From Chthoniobacteraceae bacterium (GTDB taxonomy: Bacteria > Verrucomicrobiota > Verrucomicrobiia > Chthoniobacterales > Chthoniobacteraceae): 64,000 nucleotides of DNA. Location: NCBI GenBank assembly GCA_040081625.1, contig JBEBGD010000005.1, forward strand, positions 46,966 through 110,965, in the 5' to 3' direction. The notes below the pieces were generated by a model that saw only the letters and a list, made by a program, of their open reading frames with translations, searched no databases and was not told the DNA's origin. This document shows, in pieces, positions 9,179-18,583 of the stretch (its first letter is position 1; the number at the start of each line of letters is the position of its first letter). The position numbers and the translations under genes were made by a program.

Positions 9179-9181
9179 TCT

Positions 9182-10252
9182 ATGACCCTGATCGCACAAA
9201 AAGAAGCCGCTGAGATCGTGAAAACCGGCGCGAAAGAGTTCCGCCAAGACAGCGAAACGCGCCTCACGCCGGGCGCGAAGGACATCCTCAACGACGCGGG
9301 CGTGAAGATCGTCTTCGCCGGCAACGCGACGCATTCGTCGAACGGCGCATCGTCGCAAGGCTACGCACCCGTGGCCGCACCCGCTCCCTACAGCACGGAT
9401 GACGTGCGCCTCTTCGCCTCGAAGGAAGCGAACGAAATCAAGGAGCAGATCTGCGACATCGGCCGCCGCATCTGGGCTCGCGAATATTGCGATGGCAACG
9501 GCGGCAACATCTCCGCACGCCTCGCGCCGGATCGCTTCATCTGCACGCCGACCGGCGTCAGCAAAGGCTTCATGAAGCCCGACATGATGTGCATGGTGGA
9601 CGGCAAGGGCACGCAGCTCGGCGGCACGTGGAAGCGATCGAGCGAGATCACGACGCACATGGCCATCTTCCACTCGACGCCGGAGGCGATGAGCGTCTGT
9701 CACGCGCATCCGTGCCACGCGGGCGCGTTCGCGATCAAAGGCATGCAGCCGCCGCCGCGACTCATTCCGGAGTTGGAAGTGTTCGTCGGCACCGTCGCCT
9801 ACACGCCTTACAAGACGCCGGGTTCGCCGGAGATCGCGGCGGAGATTTTCCCGCTCGCGCCGAAGCACCAGTCCATCCTCATGGGCAACCACGGCGTCAT
9901 CTGCTGGGGCAAATCGGTCGAGGACGCGTATTTCAAAATGGAGATCACCGACGCGTATTGCCGCACCGTGATCCTCGCGCAGGCGATCCCCGGCAGCGCG
10001 TCGATCCCATGCGACAAGCTGCCCGAATTGCTCAACATCAAAAAGACGCTCGGCCTCCCCGATGATCGCTACGACCTCAAGCCCGCGGGACTCTGCGAAG
10101 TCGATCCGTGGCAGCAGATGTGCGGTTCGCACGGCTGCTCGTCGCCCGTCACGCCTTTCAATCCGATGACCAACGACAACACGAGCGACGCCGACATCGA
10201 AGCGCTCGTGCAAAAGCTCACCGACGAGATCGTCGCGAAGCTCGGGAAGTAA
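9182..10252 (+). CDS. Class II aldolase (fuculose/rhamnulose-1-phosphate aldolase-like) with N-terminal extension and C-terminal encapsulation peptide
   Basis: GGNIS, TPTGVSKG, SSE...H, HAHP and NHG metal ligands; C-terminal DIEALVQKLTDEIVAKL. Confidence 0.9.
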   Translation: MTLIAQKEAAEIVKTGAKEFRQDSETRLTPGAKDILNDAGVKIVFAGNATHSSNGASSQGYAPVAAPAPYSTDDVRLFASKEANEIKEQICDIGRRIWAREYCDGNGGNISARLAPDRFICTPTGVSKGFMKPDMMCMVDGKGTQLGGTWKRSSEITTHMAIFHSTPEAMSVCHAHPCHAGAFAIKGMQPPPRLIPELEVFVGTVAYTPYKTPGSPEIAAEIFPLAPKHQSILMGNHGVICWGKSVEDAYFKMEITDAYCRTVILAQAIPGSASIPCDKLPELLNIKKTLGLPDDRYDLKPAGLCEVDPWQQMCGSHGCSSPVTPFNPMTNDNTSDADIEALVQKLTDEIVAKLGK

Positions 10253-10254
10253 GC

Positions 10255-11418
10255 GTGCAGAAATCGCTCGACCAAAAGATCGCCGACATTCGAGCGAACC
10301 CTTCGGGGAGCAAGGCGTTCATCATCGCCGACGCGAAGGACGCCGACATGGCCTTCGGGATCACCGCGCCGGGGCAGAAGCGGCCGATGAATCCCGAGCG
10401 CGTGCTCAAGTCGGAGATCCACTGGAAGACGCTCGAGGAATATCGCGAGCAGATCCGCGCGGTCGTGCGGCAGGGGATCGTGGACATCATGCTCTGCTCG
10501 GCGTCGAACATCGAGCAACTGGCGATGCGCGAGCGGCTGTTCGAGGGCTCGCACATCACGCCCGCCGCGCGCGCGAACGACACGACGGACATCTGGGTCA
10601 TTCGCGGCGCCGGTTACATCCAGCAGCCATCGATGCCGTTTCGCAGCGCGACGATCGACCACATCAAGTGCGGTAAAATCGACTGCGAACCCGACAAGCC
10701 GCACGCCGGCGCGGACCTTGGCCTCTACTCGGTCACCTTCACGAACAACCTCGCGCTCGACTACGAAACGCTGCGCGCGTTCAAGGAATTCCGCGAGGAA
10801 GCGGAGCGAAAGTCGTTTCGCTATTTCCTCGAAGTCTTCGACCCGAACGTTGATCCCGGCATCTCCGCTGAGAAGGTCGATGGCTTCATCAACGACCACA
10901 TCATCCGCAGTCTCGCCGGCGTGACCGCGCGCGGACGGCCCGTCTTTTTGAAGATCGTCTATCGCGGCCCGAAGGCGATGGAAGAGCTCGCCGCTTACGA
11001 TCCGAACCTCATCGTCGGCATCCTCGGCGGCGGCGCGGGCACGACCTACGACGCATTCAAGCTCATCGCCGAGGCGCAGAAATACGGCGCGCGCGTCGCG
11101 CTGTTCGGACGCAAGATCAACCAGGCCGAGCACCCGCTCGCGTTCATCGAAATGCTGCGCCGGATCGTCGAGCACGAGATTGAACCCGAAGAAGCCGTGC
11201 GCGCCTACCACGGCGTGTTGCAAGGCGTCGGCATCGCGCCGCTGCGCAAGCTCGAGGACGATTCACAGCTCACGAGCGGCGTCACGAGCTACGGCGGCTC
11301 GAACGGCCGCACGATCACCACCGGCCGCGCGCCCGAGAAGAGCGCGCCCGCTTCCAACAACAACAACGGCCACGTCGCCGCGCAGCTCGCGCGAATCCGG
11401 CAACGGCTCGGAGAATAA
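10255..11418 (+). CDS. Uncharacterised TIM-barrel protein, class I aldolase (DeoC/LacD/LsrF)-like
   Basis: FLEVF, FLKIVY (candidate Schiff-base Lys), ILGGG and ALFGRKI pattern; in the operon; GTG start inferred. Confidence 0.6.
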   Translation: MQKSLDQKIADIRANPSGSKAFIIADAKDADMAFGITAPGQKRPMNPERVLKSEIHWKTLEEYREQIRAVVRQGIVDIMLCSASNIEQLAMRERLFEGSHITPAARANDTTDIWVIRGAGYIQQPSMPFRSATIDHIKCGKIDCEPDKPHAGADLGLYSVTFTNNLALDYETLRAFKEFREEAERKSFRYFLEVFDPNVDPGISAEKVDGFINDHIIRSLAGVTARGRPVFLKIVYRGPKAMEELAAYDPNLIVGILGGGAGTTYDAFKLIAEAQKYGARVALFGRKINQAEHPLAFIEMLRRIVEHEIEPEEAVRAYHGVLQGVGIAPLRKLEDDSQLTSGVTSYGGSNGRTITTGRAPEKSAPASNNNNGHVAAQLARIRQRLGE

Positions 11419-11420
11419 TT

Positions 11421-12737
11421 ATGTCACTTATCGATCAAGTCAGACTAGCGGGTGTCGTCGGCGCGGGCGGCGGCGGATTCCCGGCGCACGTGAAGCTCGG
11501 CTCGAAAGCCGAGATCATCATCGCCAACGGCGCCGAGTGCGAACCGCTGCTGCATAAGGACGCCGCGGTGATGGAACACTACGCCGCCGACGTCGTGCGC
11601 GGTGTCGAGCTGTGCATGGCCGCGACCGGCGCGAGCGATGGCGTCGTCGGCATCAAGGCGAAGAAAAAGAAAGCCGTCGAAGCGATCGAGCAGGCGTGCA
11701 AGGGAACGCGCGTCCGCGTGCAGTTGCTCGGCGACTTCTACCCCGCGGGCGACGAATACGACCTCACCTATGAGGTCACCGGCAAACTCATCCCGCCCGG
11801 CGGACTGCCCATCCACATCGGCGCGATCGTCAGCAACGTCGAGACGCTCGCGAACATCGCGCAGGCCGTCGATGGCAAACCGGTCACGCACAAAACCATC
11901 ACCATCGCCGGCGCCGTCGCCGAGCCCGTGTCGCTCACCGTCCCGATCGGCATCAGCTACCGCGAGTGCATCGCCGCAGCGGGCGGCGCGACGTGCGACG
12001 ATCCCGTGCTCGCCATCGGCGGACTCATGATGGGCGAGACGAGCGACGATCTCGACCGGTCCGTCGTCAAGACGAGCACCGGTGCGATCATCCTCTCGCG
12101 CACGCATCACGTGATGGAGAAGAAGTTCAAGCCCGCGAAAGTGCAGGCTTCGATCGGAAAATCCGCGTGCGACCAGTGCCGCTACTGCACCGAGTTTTGC
12201 CCGCGCTTTCTGCTCGGCTACCAGGTCGAGCCGCATCAGGTCATGCGCACGCTCGCCTTCAGCGGCACCGGCGCCGAGCGCTTCAACGAATGGGCCGCGC
12301 TCTGCTGCTCGTGCGGCCTCTGCACACTCTACGCCTGCCCCGAGGAACTCTATCCGAAGGAAGCGTGCGACGACTCGAAAGCCGTCCTGCGCTTGCAGAA
12401 CTTCAAGTGGACCGGCAAGACCGACATCAAAGTTCATCCGATGCGCGAAGGCCGGCACGTGCCGATCAAAACGCTCATGCAAAAGATGCACGTCGAGGAA
12501 TACGACAACCCCGCGCCGCTGCGCGCCGGCATCGTCGAGACGCAGCGACTTGTTCTCCCGCTCAAGCAAAGCGCCGGCGGCCCCACGACGCCGCTCGTGA
12601 AAGCTGGCGACACCGTAAAAGCCGGCCAGCCCATTTCCGAACCCGCACCCAACGCCGTCGGCGCGATCATCCACGCGCCCTTCGCCGGCACCGTCGCCGC
12701 CGTCAGCGCGACCAGCATCACCATCACGAAGAAATGA
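11421..12737 (+). CDS. pduS: PduS/RnfC-like flavin and 4Fe-4S oxidoreductase
   Basis: GVVGAGGGGFP, NGAECEP, YPAGDE, CDQCRYC...CP and CCSCGLC...CP ferredoxin motifs. Confidence 0.88.
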   Translation: MSLIDQVRLAGVVGAGGGGFPAHVKLGSKAEIIIANGAECEPLLHKDAAVMEHYAADVVRGVELCMAATGASDGVVGIKAKKKKAVEAIEQACKGTRVRVQLLGDFYPAGDEYDLTYEVTGKLIPPGGLPIHIGAIVSNVETLANIAQAVDGKPVTHKTITIAGAVAEPVSLTVPIGISYRECIAAAGGATCDDPVLAIGGLMMGETSDDLDRSVVKTSTGAIILSRTHHVMEKKFKPAKVQASIGKSACDQCRYCTEFCPRFLLGYQVEPHQVMRTLAFSGTGAERFNEWAALCCSCGLCTLYACPEELYPKEACDDSKAVLRLQNFKWTGKTDIKVHPMREGRHVPIKTLMQKMHVEEYDNPAPLRAGIVETQRLVLPLKQSAGGPTTPLVKAGDTVKAGQPISEPAPNAVGAIIHAPFAGTVAAVSATSITITKK

Positions 12738-13285
12738 CTCCAAAATCCATCGGCCTCATCGAACTCTCCAGCGTCGCCTCCGGCTTCAGCGTCGCCGACG
12801 CCGCGCTCAAGGCCGGCAACGTGAAGCTCCTGCTCTCGCGCTCCATTTGCTCCGGCAAATACATGGTCCTCGTCGCGGGCGAAACCGCTGGCGTCGAAGC
12901 CGCGATCGAGACCGCAACCGAAGTCGCCAACGGCTGCCTCATCGACCGCATCGTCATCGCGAACCTGCATCCCGACGTCTTCATGGCGATCGGCCGCACC
13001 ACGCCCGTCGAGCCGACCGGTGCGCTCGGCATCGTCGAGTCCTTCAACGTCGCCACGCTCGTCAAAGCCGCCGACGCCGCGGCGAAAGCCGGCGAAGTGA
13101 CGCTGCTCGAAGTCCGTCTCGCGATGGCCCTCGGCGGAAAAGCATTCTTCACCTGCACCGGCGAAGTGAGCTCCGTGCAAGCCGCCGTCGCCGCCGCCCG
13201 CGCCGTCATCGCCGAAGCCGGCGTCCTCGTGAACGCCGTAGTGATCCCGCGCCCGCACCCGGACGTGTATCGCGAGGTGATCTAA
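12734..13285 (+). CDS. pduT: BMC-T tandem shell protein, PduT-like
   Basis: IGLIEL...SICSGKY (pore Cys), second BMC domain LAMALGGK...VIPRPH; ATGA overlap with pduS. Confidence 0.88.
   Translation: MTPKSIGLIELSSVASGFSVADAALKAGNVKLLLSRSICSGKYMVLVAGETAGVEAAIETATEVANGCLIDRIVIANLHPDVFMAIGRTTPVEPTGALGIVESFNVATLVKAADAAAKAGEVTLLEVRLAMALGGKAFFTCTGEVSSVQAAVAAARAVIAEAGVLVNAVVIPRPHPDVYREVI
13185..13285 (+). repeat. Direct repeat copy 1 (functional 3' end of pduT)
   Basis: Aligns to 14385-14473. Confidence 0.9.
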
Positions 13286-13343
13286 TCTCTCCGGGCGCGC
13301 GCCTGATCTTGCCCGCCGCGCGGGAAGCGAATACCCTGCCCGC

Positions 13344-13568
13344 ATGAACGCCGTCACCGATGCCACGCCAGCACCGACGCCGCTTTCCGCGGAAGTCGCG
13401 GAAGCCGCGCGCGCACTCGTGCGGGAGTTCCCGGAGTGCTTTTGGTTTCGCCATCCCGACGCGCCTCTCAAGACTGTGGAGGAAGCTCGCCTCGTAGTGT
13501 TGCACCTGCGCGAATACGGCGGGCACCGCGCGTGGCGCGAAGCGCAACGGCTGCACTCATGCCTGTAA
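13344..13568 (+). CDS. Small protein, probable partner/antitoxin of the downstream nucleotidyltransferase
   Basis: 74 aa, overlaps the toxin start; CFW...L..YG pattern; role inferred from position. Confidence 0.6.
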   Translation: MNAVTDATPAPTPLSAEVAEAARALVREFPECFWFRHPDAPLKTVEEARLVVLHLREYGGHRAWREAQRLHSCL

Positions 13569-14383
13569 CGCCCTTCCAGCGCGAAGTCCTCGGCGTCATC
13601 GCCGCGAACCGGAACGAGGAGAGTCATTTCGCCGGTGGCCTCGTGCTCAACGCGGCCACGGACTCCGCGCGTTTCAGCCACGACTTCGACATCTTCCACG
13701 AAGCCGCCGCGGATGTCGCCCGCGCCAGCGACGCCGATGTCGTCGCGTTGCGCGGAGCTGGCTACGAGGTCGCGCCCATCCGCGGAAACTGGTCCAAGCC
13801 CGACACCTTCCGCAAAGCCCGCGTCGTCCGCGGCGAGGAGCACGTCGAGATTGATTGGGCCGCCGATTCCGCCTTCCGTTTTTTCCCCGTGGAGAAGGAT
13901 CCGCTGCTCGGCTGCCGGCTGCACCTTTTCGACATGGCGACAAACAAAGCCCTCACACTCAGCGCCCGCACCGAGACGCGCGACTACGTGGACATCGTCG
14001 AATTGCACCGCTTCTTCCCACTCTCCGCCATCGTCTGGGCCGCGTGCGGCAAAGACCCCGGCTTCAGCCCGCTCCACCTGCTGAAAATGATGCGTCGCTT
14101 CGCCAAAATCGACCCCGTGAAGCTCGGTGAAATCCAAGCCCGCAACCTCGACCCGCAAGCCCTCAAACGCGCGTGGATTGAAATGTCCGACGAAGCCGAC
14201 GCGAAAATCACCCACCTCGCCGACACGCAGCCGGACACGCCCATCGGTGTCGCGTTCGTGGACGCGGCGGGCCAACCCGGCTGGCTCGGCGACAATCCCG
14301 CGCTCACGATTCATCACCCGGGCATCCGCGGTTGCGTGCCGCGCGTGGATGGGCTGGAGCCGGAGATCCCGAAGCGTCCGTAA
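13559..14383 (+). CDS. AbiEii/AbiGii-like nucleotidyltransferase (type IV TA toxin-like)
   Basis: FAGGLVL...RFSHDFD Pol-beta-like motif, then NKAL and R...RDYVD. Confidence 0.8.
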   Translation: MPVTPFQREVLGVIAANRNEESHFAGGLVLNAATDSARFSHDFDIFHEAAADVARASDADVVALRGAGYEVAPIRGNWSKPDTFRKARVVRGEEHVEIDWAADSAFRFFPVEKDPLLGCRLHLFDMATNKALTLSARTETRDYVDIVELHRFFPLSAIVWAACGKDPGFSPLHLLKMMRRFAKIDPVKLGEIQARNLDPQALKRAWIEMSDEADAKITHLADTQPDTPIGVAFVDAAGQPGWLGDNPALTIHHPGIRGCVPRVDGLEPEIPKRP

Positions 14384-14384
14384 T

Positions 14385-14473
14385 CCGCCGCCGCCGCCCG
14401 CGCCGTGATCGCCGAATCCGGCGTCTTCGTGATTCCGCGCCCGCACCCGGACGTGTATCGCGAGGTGATTTGA
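14385..14473 (+). pseudogene. Direct repeat copy 2: displaced, degenerate pduT 3' end
   Basis: Reads AAARAVIAESGVF----VIPRPHPDVYREVI*; 12-bp deletion and a few substitutions relative to 13185-13285. Confidence 0.85.
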
Positions 14474-14503
14474 CGGAATACCGGAGCGGCTGCTTGATGA
14501 GAG

Positions 14504-16807
14504 CTACCGCTTTCTTGCGAAGATCAAGGCGCGGCGAACGAAGCCGGTGAGTGCGGCAGCGTTGATGATCTGCGTCTGCCGCGCGTGATTCGGCTCGTGG
14601 TGAAATAGGTTGGCGTATTCGATCAGATCGCGCAGTTCCTGAGTATCCTGAGCATTGAGGATTTCCTGCGGCGTATTCACCCGTTGCTCACAAAGTCCTC
14701 GAAATGAGCCGAGCAGCGTGCCGGGCGGAAAGTGCTCTGGATAAGCGACGCGCAAGAACGCTTCAAGCAACGGTCTGATCGAGCTGGCGACCTCGCGCTC
14801 GTTCTGACCGGCATTCGCCAAGTAGGCGCGCAAAATTTCATGCCGACGGTCGTGCCACGTCACGCAGTCCTCATCAACATTCCATGCTGCGATCGTCGAG
14901 CCATCGCCGTCGCGTGTTACCTGGAGCGCTGCGCGCATCGTCGAATCCGTGCCTTCCCAAATCCGGCAAAGGAATGGCTTGGTGTGCGACAGCACGATTA
15001 CTTGAGCAACGCGCGCTGCGAGACGCCGAAGTTCCTGCACGGTGGTTAAAGAGCGATGCTCATCGAGGCTCGAAACCGGATCGTCAATCGCGACAATCTT
15101 ATCTGCCAAATTTTGATCGAGCTCGAGCGAAGCGAAAAAGAATGCCAGCGCCAAGGTGTTCCGATCACCGGCGCTGAGTGTGTTTCGGAACGAGTGCGTG
15201 CCGGGCTGGGGCTCACCCCCGGCAACTGCAACCGCCACATTGTTGATAACGACATTGTAGGTGCATGCCGGTCCACTGCGAGTGTTGGTCGCGGCGACGC
15301 GATCGAGACGAAAGCCTGCATTGAACCGATCCAAATAGCGGTTGATCGCGGCTTCGTAATTCGGAAACACAGTCGCTCGGTATCGTTCGAGCGCAGTGCG
15401 AGCCTGATTCCTGAGTTGCTCGGTTGCAGCTTTCGCGCGTTTCTCCTCAAGGTAAGCGTCACACAACTGCGCCGTTGCCGGCGTATGTCTGGCCTTGGTC
15501 GCTTGCAGCCGAGAAAGACTCGCGGCAATCGCTGCCGGATTCGCGGTAGCGACTCGTTGCTTGACCGCAGCAATGGTCTGATTGGCCTGAACAAGCTGCT
15601 GGTTGATCAATTCCACCAGCGCTCGATGCGCTGCGTAAGCCGCAACTGCGGATCGTGCGTCATCGGCGACGGGTAAAGGTTCGAGCGGAGATGCCTGCTT
15701 TGCGGACAAAAGCGCAGCGAGATGCTGACGCGCCGCTTGCCAATCGCGAGCGATGGCCGCCGTGTCGATTTCCAACGTCGGCACTTCACAGAACCGCGAC
15801 CAAAACTGCCGACGTTCGCCGAGAACTCGAACCGCCCGTTCGAACGCCGCTGCCGCATCGCCATTATGCACCCGCCCAAGTGCCGCCAACGCATCCGCGA
15901 TACTGCGTTTCAAGCTGCGATACGCCTCGCTGAAGAACGCCCGATAATGGGCGATCACCGGCGAGCCGGAGAGATTCTGTGCGCAAAACACGCAGCTTGT
16001 AGAGTCAGGTGCCGGTCTTTCTGATTGGCGGCGCATTCCCTCGGAAATCCATTCTTCCGCCCCTACTCCGGCGGTCGCCAGATGAGCGTGAACGCGTGCG
16101 GCTGCGACTGCATCGAGTTCCGGCACGCTCGCTTGAAGGACGCGTTCGATCGTTTGCAAATCGAGAACCGGCAAACTCAGCATTTCGAAAGCTGGTGTGT
16201 TCCGCACGGGATCCTGCTCACGGCTGGCCGCGAGGTTTCGTTCCGCTGCTTGAATGTCTTGGTCCACGTTTTCGTTCACGGGGAGCACGCAAAAGTCATC
16301 CACTGACAGGTCGCCGCGTGCGGCCGCGGGAATCGCCGCTGCTCGCTGGCGTAGAGTGCTGTTGTGAACTTCGATCCTGTCGATGTGTTGCTGGAGTTGC
16401 CGATTCAGCCCGACTCCTTGCGCACCGAGGATCAATTCGTGAAGGTTATGCCGATGATCGGTGCCGACCATCAGTCCCGAATAGACATTCTGGTCAACGA
16501 ACAGATCGTCGAAGACGACCATGTTGGGCAAGGTGCGGTTCCACACACCGTTCTGGAACATCGCGTTGGGTGGACCGCCCACGCAGCCAATTACCACGTG
16601 CGGCGGATGTTGTGCCGCCAAACGCCTGCGCTCGACAATCGGAATGTGATCGCCAGTTGCCAGCGAACGAAGAATGGCGGCGAGCGTCGTCTTGCCTTGC
16701 CCATTTTCGGCATAGATCAAAGTCAGCCGTCCGAGCGGTATATTTGCGGCAGTCGTGACGGATTCAAAACGTCCGATGTTCCGCAGGAGGTGGAGATTCG
16801 TGATCAT
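14504..16807 (-). CDS. AAA_13 / RloC-like SMC-type ABC ATPase with zinc hook and probable C-terminal HEPN-like domain
   Basis: Walker A AENGQGKTT, coiled coil with CVFC, signature LSAGD, Walker B/D-loop IDDPVSSLD, LSH switch; C-terminal SIRPLLE...ANLFHH; visibly lower GC. Confidence 0.75.
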   Translation of the reverse strand: MITNLHLLRNIGRFESVTTAANIPLGRLTLIYAENGQGKTTLAAILRSLATGDHIPIVERRRLAAQHPPHVVIGCVGGPPNAMFQNGVWNRTLPNMVVFDDLFVDQNVYSGLMVGTDHRHNLHELILGAQGVGLNRQLQQHIDRIEVHNSTLRQRAAAIPAAARGDLSVDDFCVLPVNENVDQDIQAAERNLAASREQDPVRNTPAFEMLSLPVLDLQTIERVLQASVPELDAVAAARVHAHLATAGVGAEEWISEGMRRQSERPAPDSTSCVFCAQNLSGSPVIAHYRAFFSEAYRSLKRSIADALAALGRVHNGDAAAAFERAVRVLGERRQFWSRFCEVPTLEIDTAAIARDWQAARQHLAALLSAKQASPLEPLPVADDARSAVAAYAAHRALVELINQQLVQANQTIAAVKQRVATANPAAIAASLSRLQATKARHTPATAQLCDAYLEEKRAKAATEQLRNQARTALERYRATVFPNYEAAINRYLDRFNAGFRLDRVAATNTRSGPACTYNVVINNVAVAVAGGEPQPGTHSFRNTLSAGDRNTLALAFFFASLELDQNLADKIVAIDDPVSSLDEHRSLTTVQELRRLAARVAQVIVLSHTKPFLCRIWEGTDSTMRAALQVTRDGDGSTIAAWNVDEDCVTWHDRRHEILRAYLANAGQNEREVASSIRPLLEAFLRVAYPEHFPPGTLLGSFRGLCEQRVNTPQEILNAQDTQELRDLIEYANLFHHEPNHARQTQIINAAALTGFVRRALIFARKR

Positions 16808-16938
16808 GGCGTTTGTGCAGTGAGGATCCCCTTCAATACCGGGTGCCAATGGCACAAAGCAATCCGTCGAAGGTCGCGATTGCGCCAGATTACGACCTGA
16901 GGTTGACCCGCAGTTATCCTCCGTCCACTCTCGCAGTC

Positions 16939-18579
16939 GTGCGCGTTCGCAACACTCAGACCTTTCTCTCGCTCTACTACGAGCCAAACGCCGTCGAGTT
17001 TGCGACGGGCGGGGCTGACCCTTACGCGACGGCGGCGGAGTGGGAGCGGGAGACGCGCTCGCTCGGGCAAGTGGCGACGCCGCGCGCGGTGGCGGCGCTG
17101 ATGGCGCGGTGGGTGATGTCGCGGAATCCGGCCACGGTGCTCGACCCGGCGGCGGGGCTGGGGCATTTGCTGCACGAGTGCGCGCGGCTGCATCCCGGCG
17201 CGGAGTTTGTCGGCGTCGAGTGCGATGTGGAGACTCTGCGGCGCGCGATGCAGTCGGCGCCGGGCCACACGAAGCTCATTCGCGCGGATTACCTGCGGGC
17301 GGACGCGGGAATTTTCGACGGCATCATCGCGAATCCGCCCTACGTGAAAGCGCACCGGCTCGACTACTCGGAGGCGAACTGGCGCGATTTCGAAGAACTG
17401 CTCGGCACGCCGCTCGACCGGCTCACGAATCTCTACGCGCTGTTCTTGCTGAAAATCTGGAACGACCTCGCGCCGCGCGGGCGGGCGGCGGTCATCCTGC
17501 CGGCGGAGTTTTTGAACGCGAACTTTGGCGAGGAAATCAAGGAGCGGATGCTGCGGGTGATGCGCCCCGCCGGGCTGCTCATCTTTGCGCCGGAACTGAA
17601 TGTTTTTGCGGATGCGCTGACGACAAGCGCCATCGTGTTCCTCGAAAAGACGCGCCCCAAGGACGCTCCGATGCCGGCGATGCGCGCGGCGTCCGTCAGC
17701 GTGGCGGAGGCGTTTGTCGGCGAACTGCTCGCTGGCACGAAGCCGCGTTCGCGGAGCGGCTGCGCCGACCTCGCTGACTTTCCTCCGGCGGAAAAGTGGC
17801 TTAACCGCCTGCTCGGGAAAGCGAAGTCGGGGGCTGACGCGCGCTTCCCTCGGCGTGTCAGCGATTACTTCGACTGCCGGCGCGGCATCGCGACCGGAGC
17901 GAACGAGTTCTTCTGCCTCACGCGCGATGAGGTCGCGACGCACGGATTGAACGCGAAGCACTTCGAGCCGTGCGTGACGAAGGCTCCCGATGTGAACGGG
18001 CTGGTCTTCACCAAGGCAAAGCTCCGGGCCTTGGAGCGCAACGGACGCCGATGTTTGCTGCTAAACCCGCCGCAACTCGACGCGGCGCTGGAGCGGTATC
18101 TTTCGCACGGCGAGGCGCAGGGGATTCGAGCCCGATTTCTGCCGAGCCATCGCCCGGTGTGGTATCGCCCGGAGAAGCGCGCCGCCGCCGAGATTTGGGT
18201 CGCCGTCTTCTCGCGCGAGTCGGCGAAGTTCATCCTCAATTCGTCGGATGCGAAAAACCTCACCTGCTTCCACGGCCTCTACGCCAAGCCCGGCTGCGAG
18301 CATCTCGCGCCGCTGATGACGCTCTTTCTCAACAGCACGATGGGCAGGCAGGCGTTTGCGCGAGTGAACCGCTTTTACGGCGACGGCCTGAACAAGCTGG
18401 AGCCGAAGGACGTTGAAGCGATGCCGTGCCCGGAGTTACCGGCGTTCGATGCGGCATCCGCCGCTGCGCTCGTGAAGCAGCTTGTGGAAATCGAGCCGAT
18501 GGAAGCCGATGCCCGCCGCTCCGCGCTCGACGAATTGCTCGCGCTCCACCTCGGCGCGCCGCAGTCGGCGGCAGCGTAG
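16939..18579 (+). CDS. N6-adenine DNA methyltransferase, gamma class (TaqI/AccI-like)
   Basis: Motif X GQVATP, motif I LDPAAGLG, motif IV IANPPY, NLYALF, GIATG; start uncertain (GTG 16939 or ATG 16849). Confidence 0.88.
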   Translation: MRVRNTQTFLSLYYEPNAVEFATGGADPYATAAEWERETRSLGQVATPRAVAALMARWVMSRNPATVLDPAAGLGHLLHECARLHPGAEFVGVECDVETLRRAMQSAPGHTKLIRADYLRADAGIFDGIIANPPYVKAHRLDYSEANWRDFEELLGTPLDRLTNLYALFLLKIWNDLAPRGRAAVILPAEFLNANFGEEIKERMLRVMRPAGLLIFAPELNVFADALTTSAIVFLEKTRPKDAPMPAMRAASVSVAEAFVGELLAGTKPRSRSGCADLADFPPAEKWLNRLLGKAKSGADARFPRRVSDYFDCRRGIATGANEFFCLTRDEVATHGLNAKHFEPCVTKAPDVNGLVFTKAKLRALERNGRRCLLLNPPQLDAALERYLSHGEAQGIRARFLPSHRPVWYRPEKRAAAEIWVAVFSRESAKFILNSSDAKNLTCFHGLYAKPGCEHLAPLMTLFLNSTMGRQAFARVNRFYGDGLNKLEPKDVEAMPCPELPAFDAASAAALVKQLVEIEPMEADARRSALDELLALHLGAPQSAAA

Positions 18580-18583
18580 GCCG

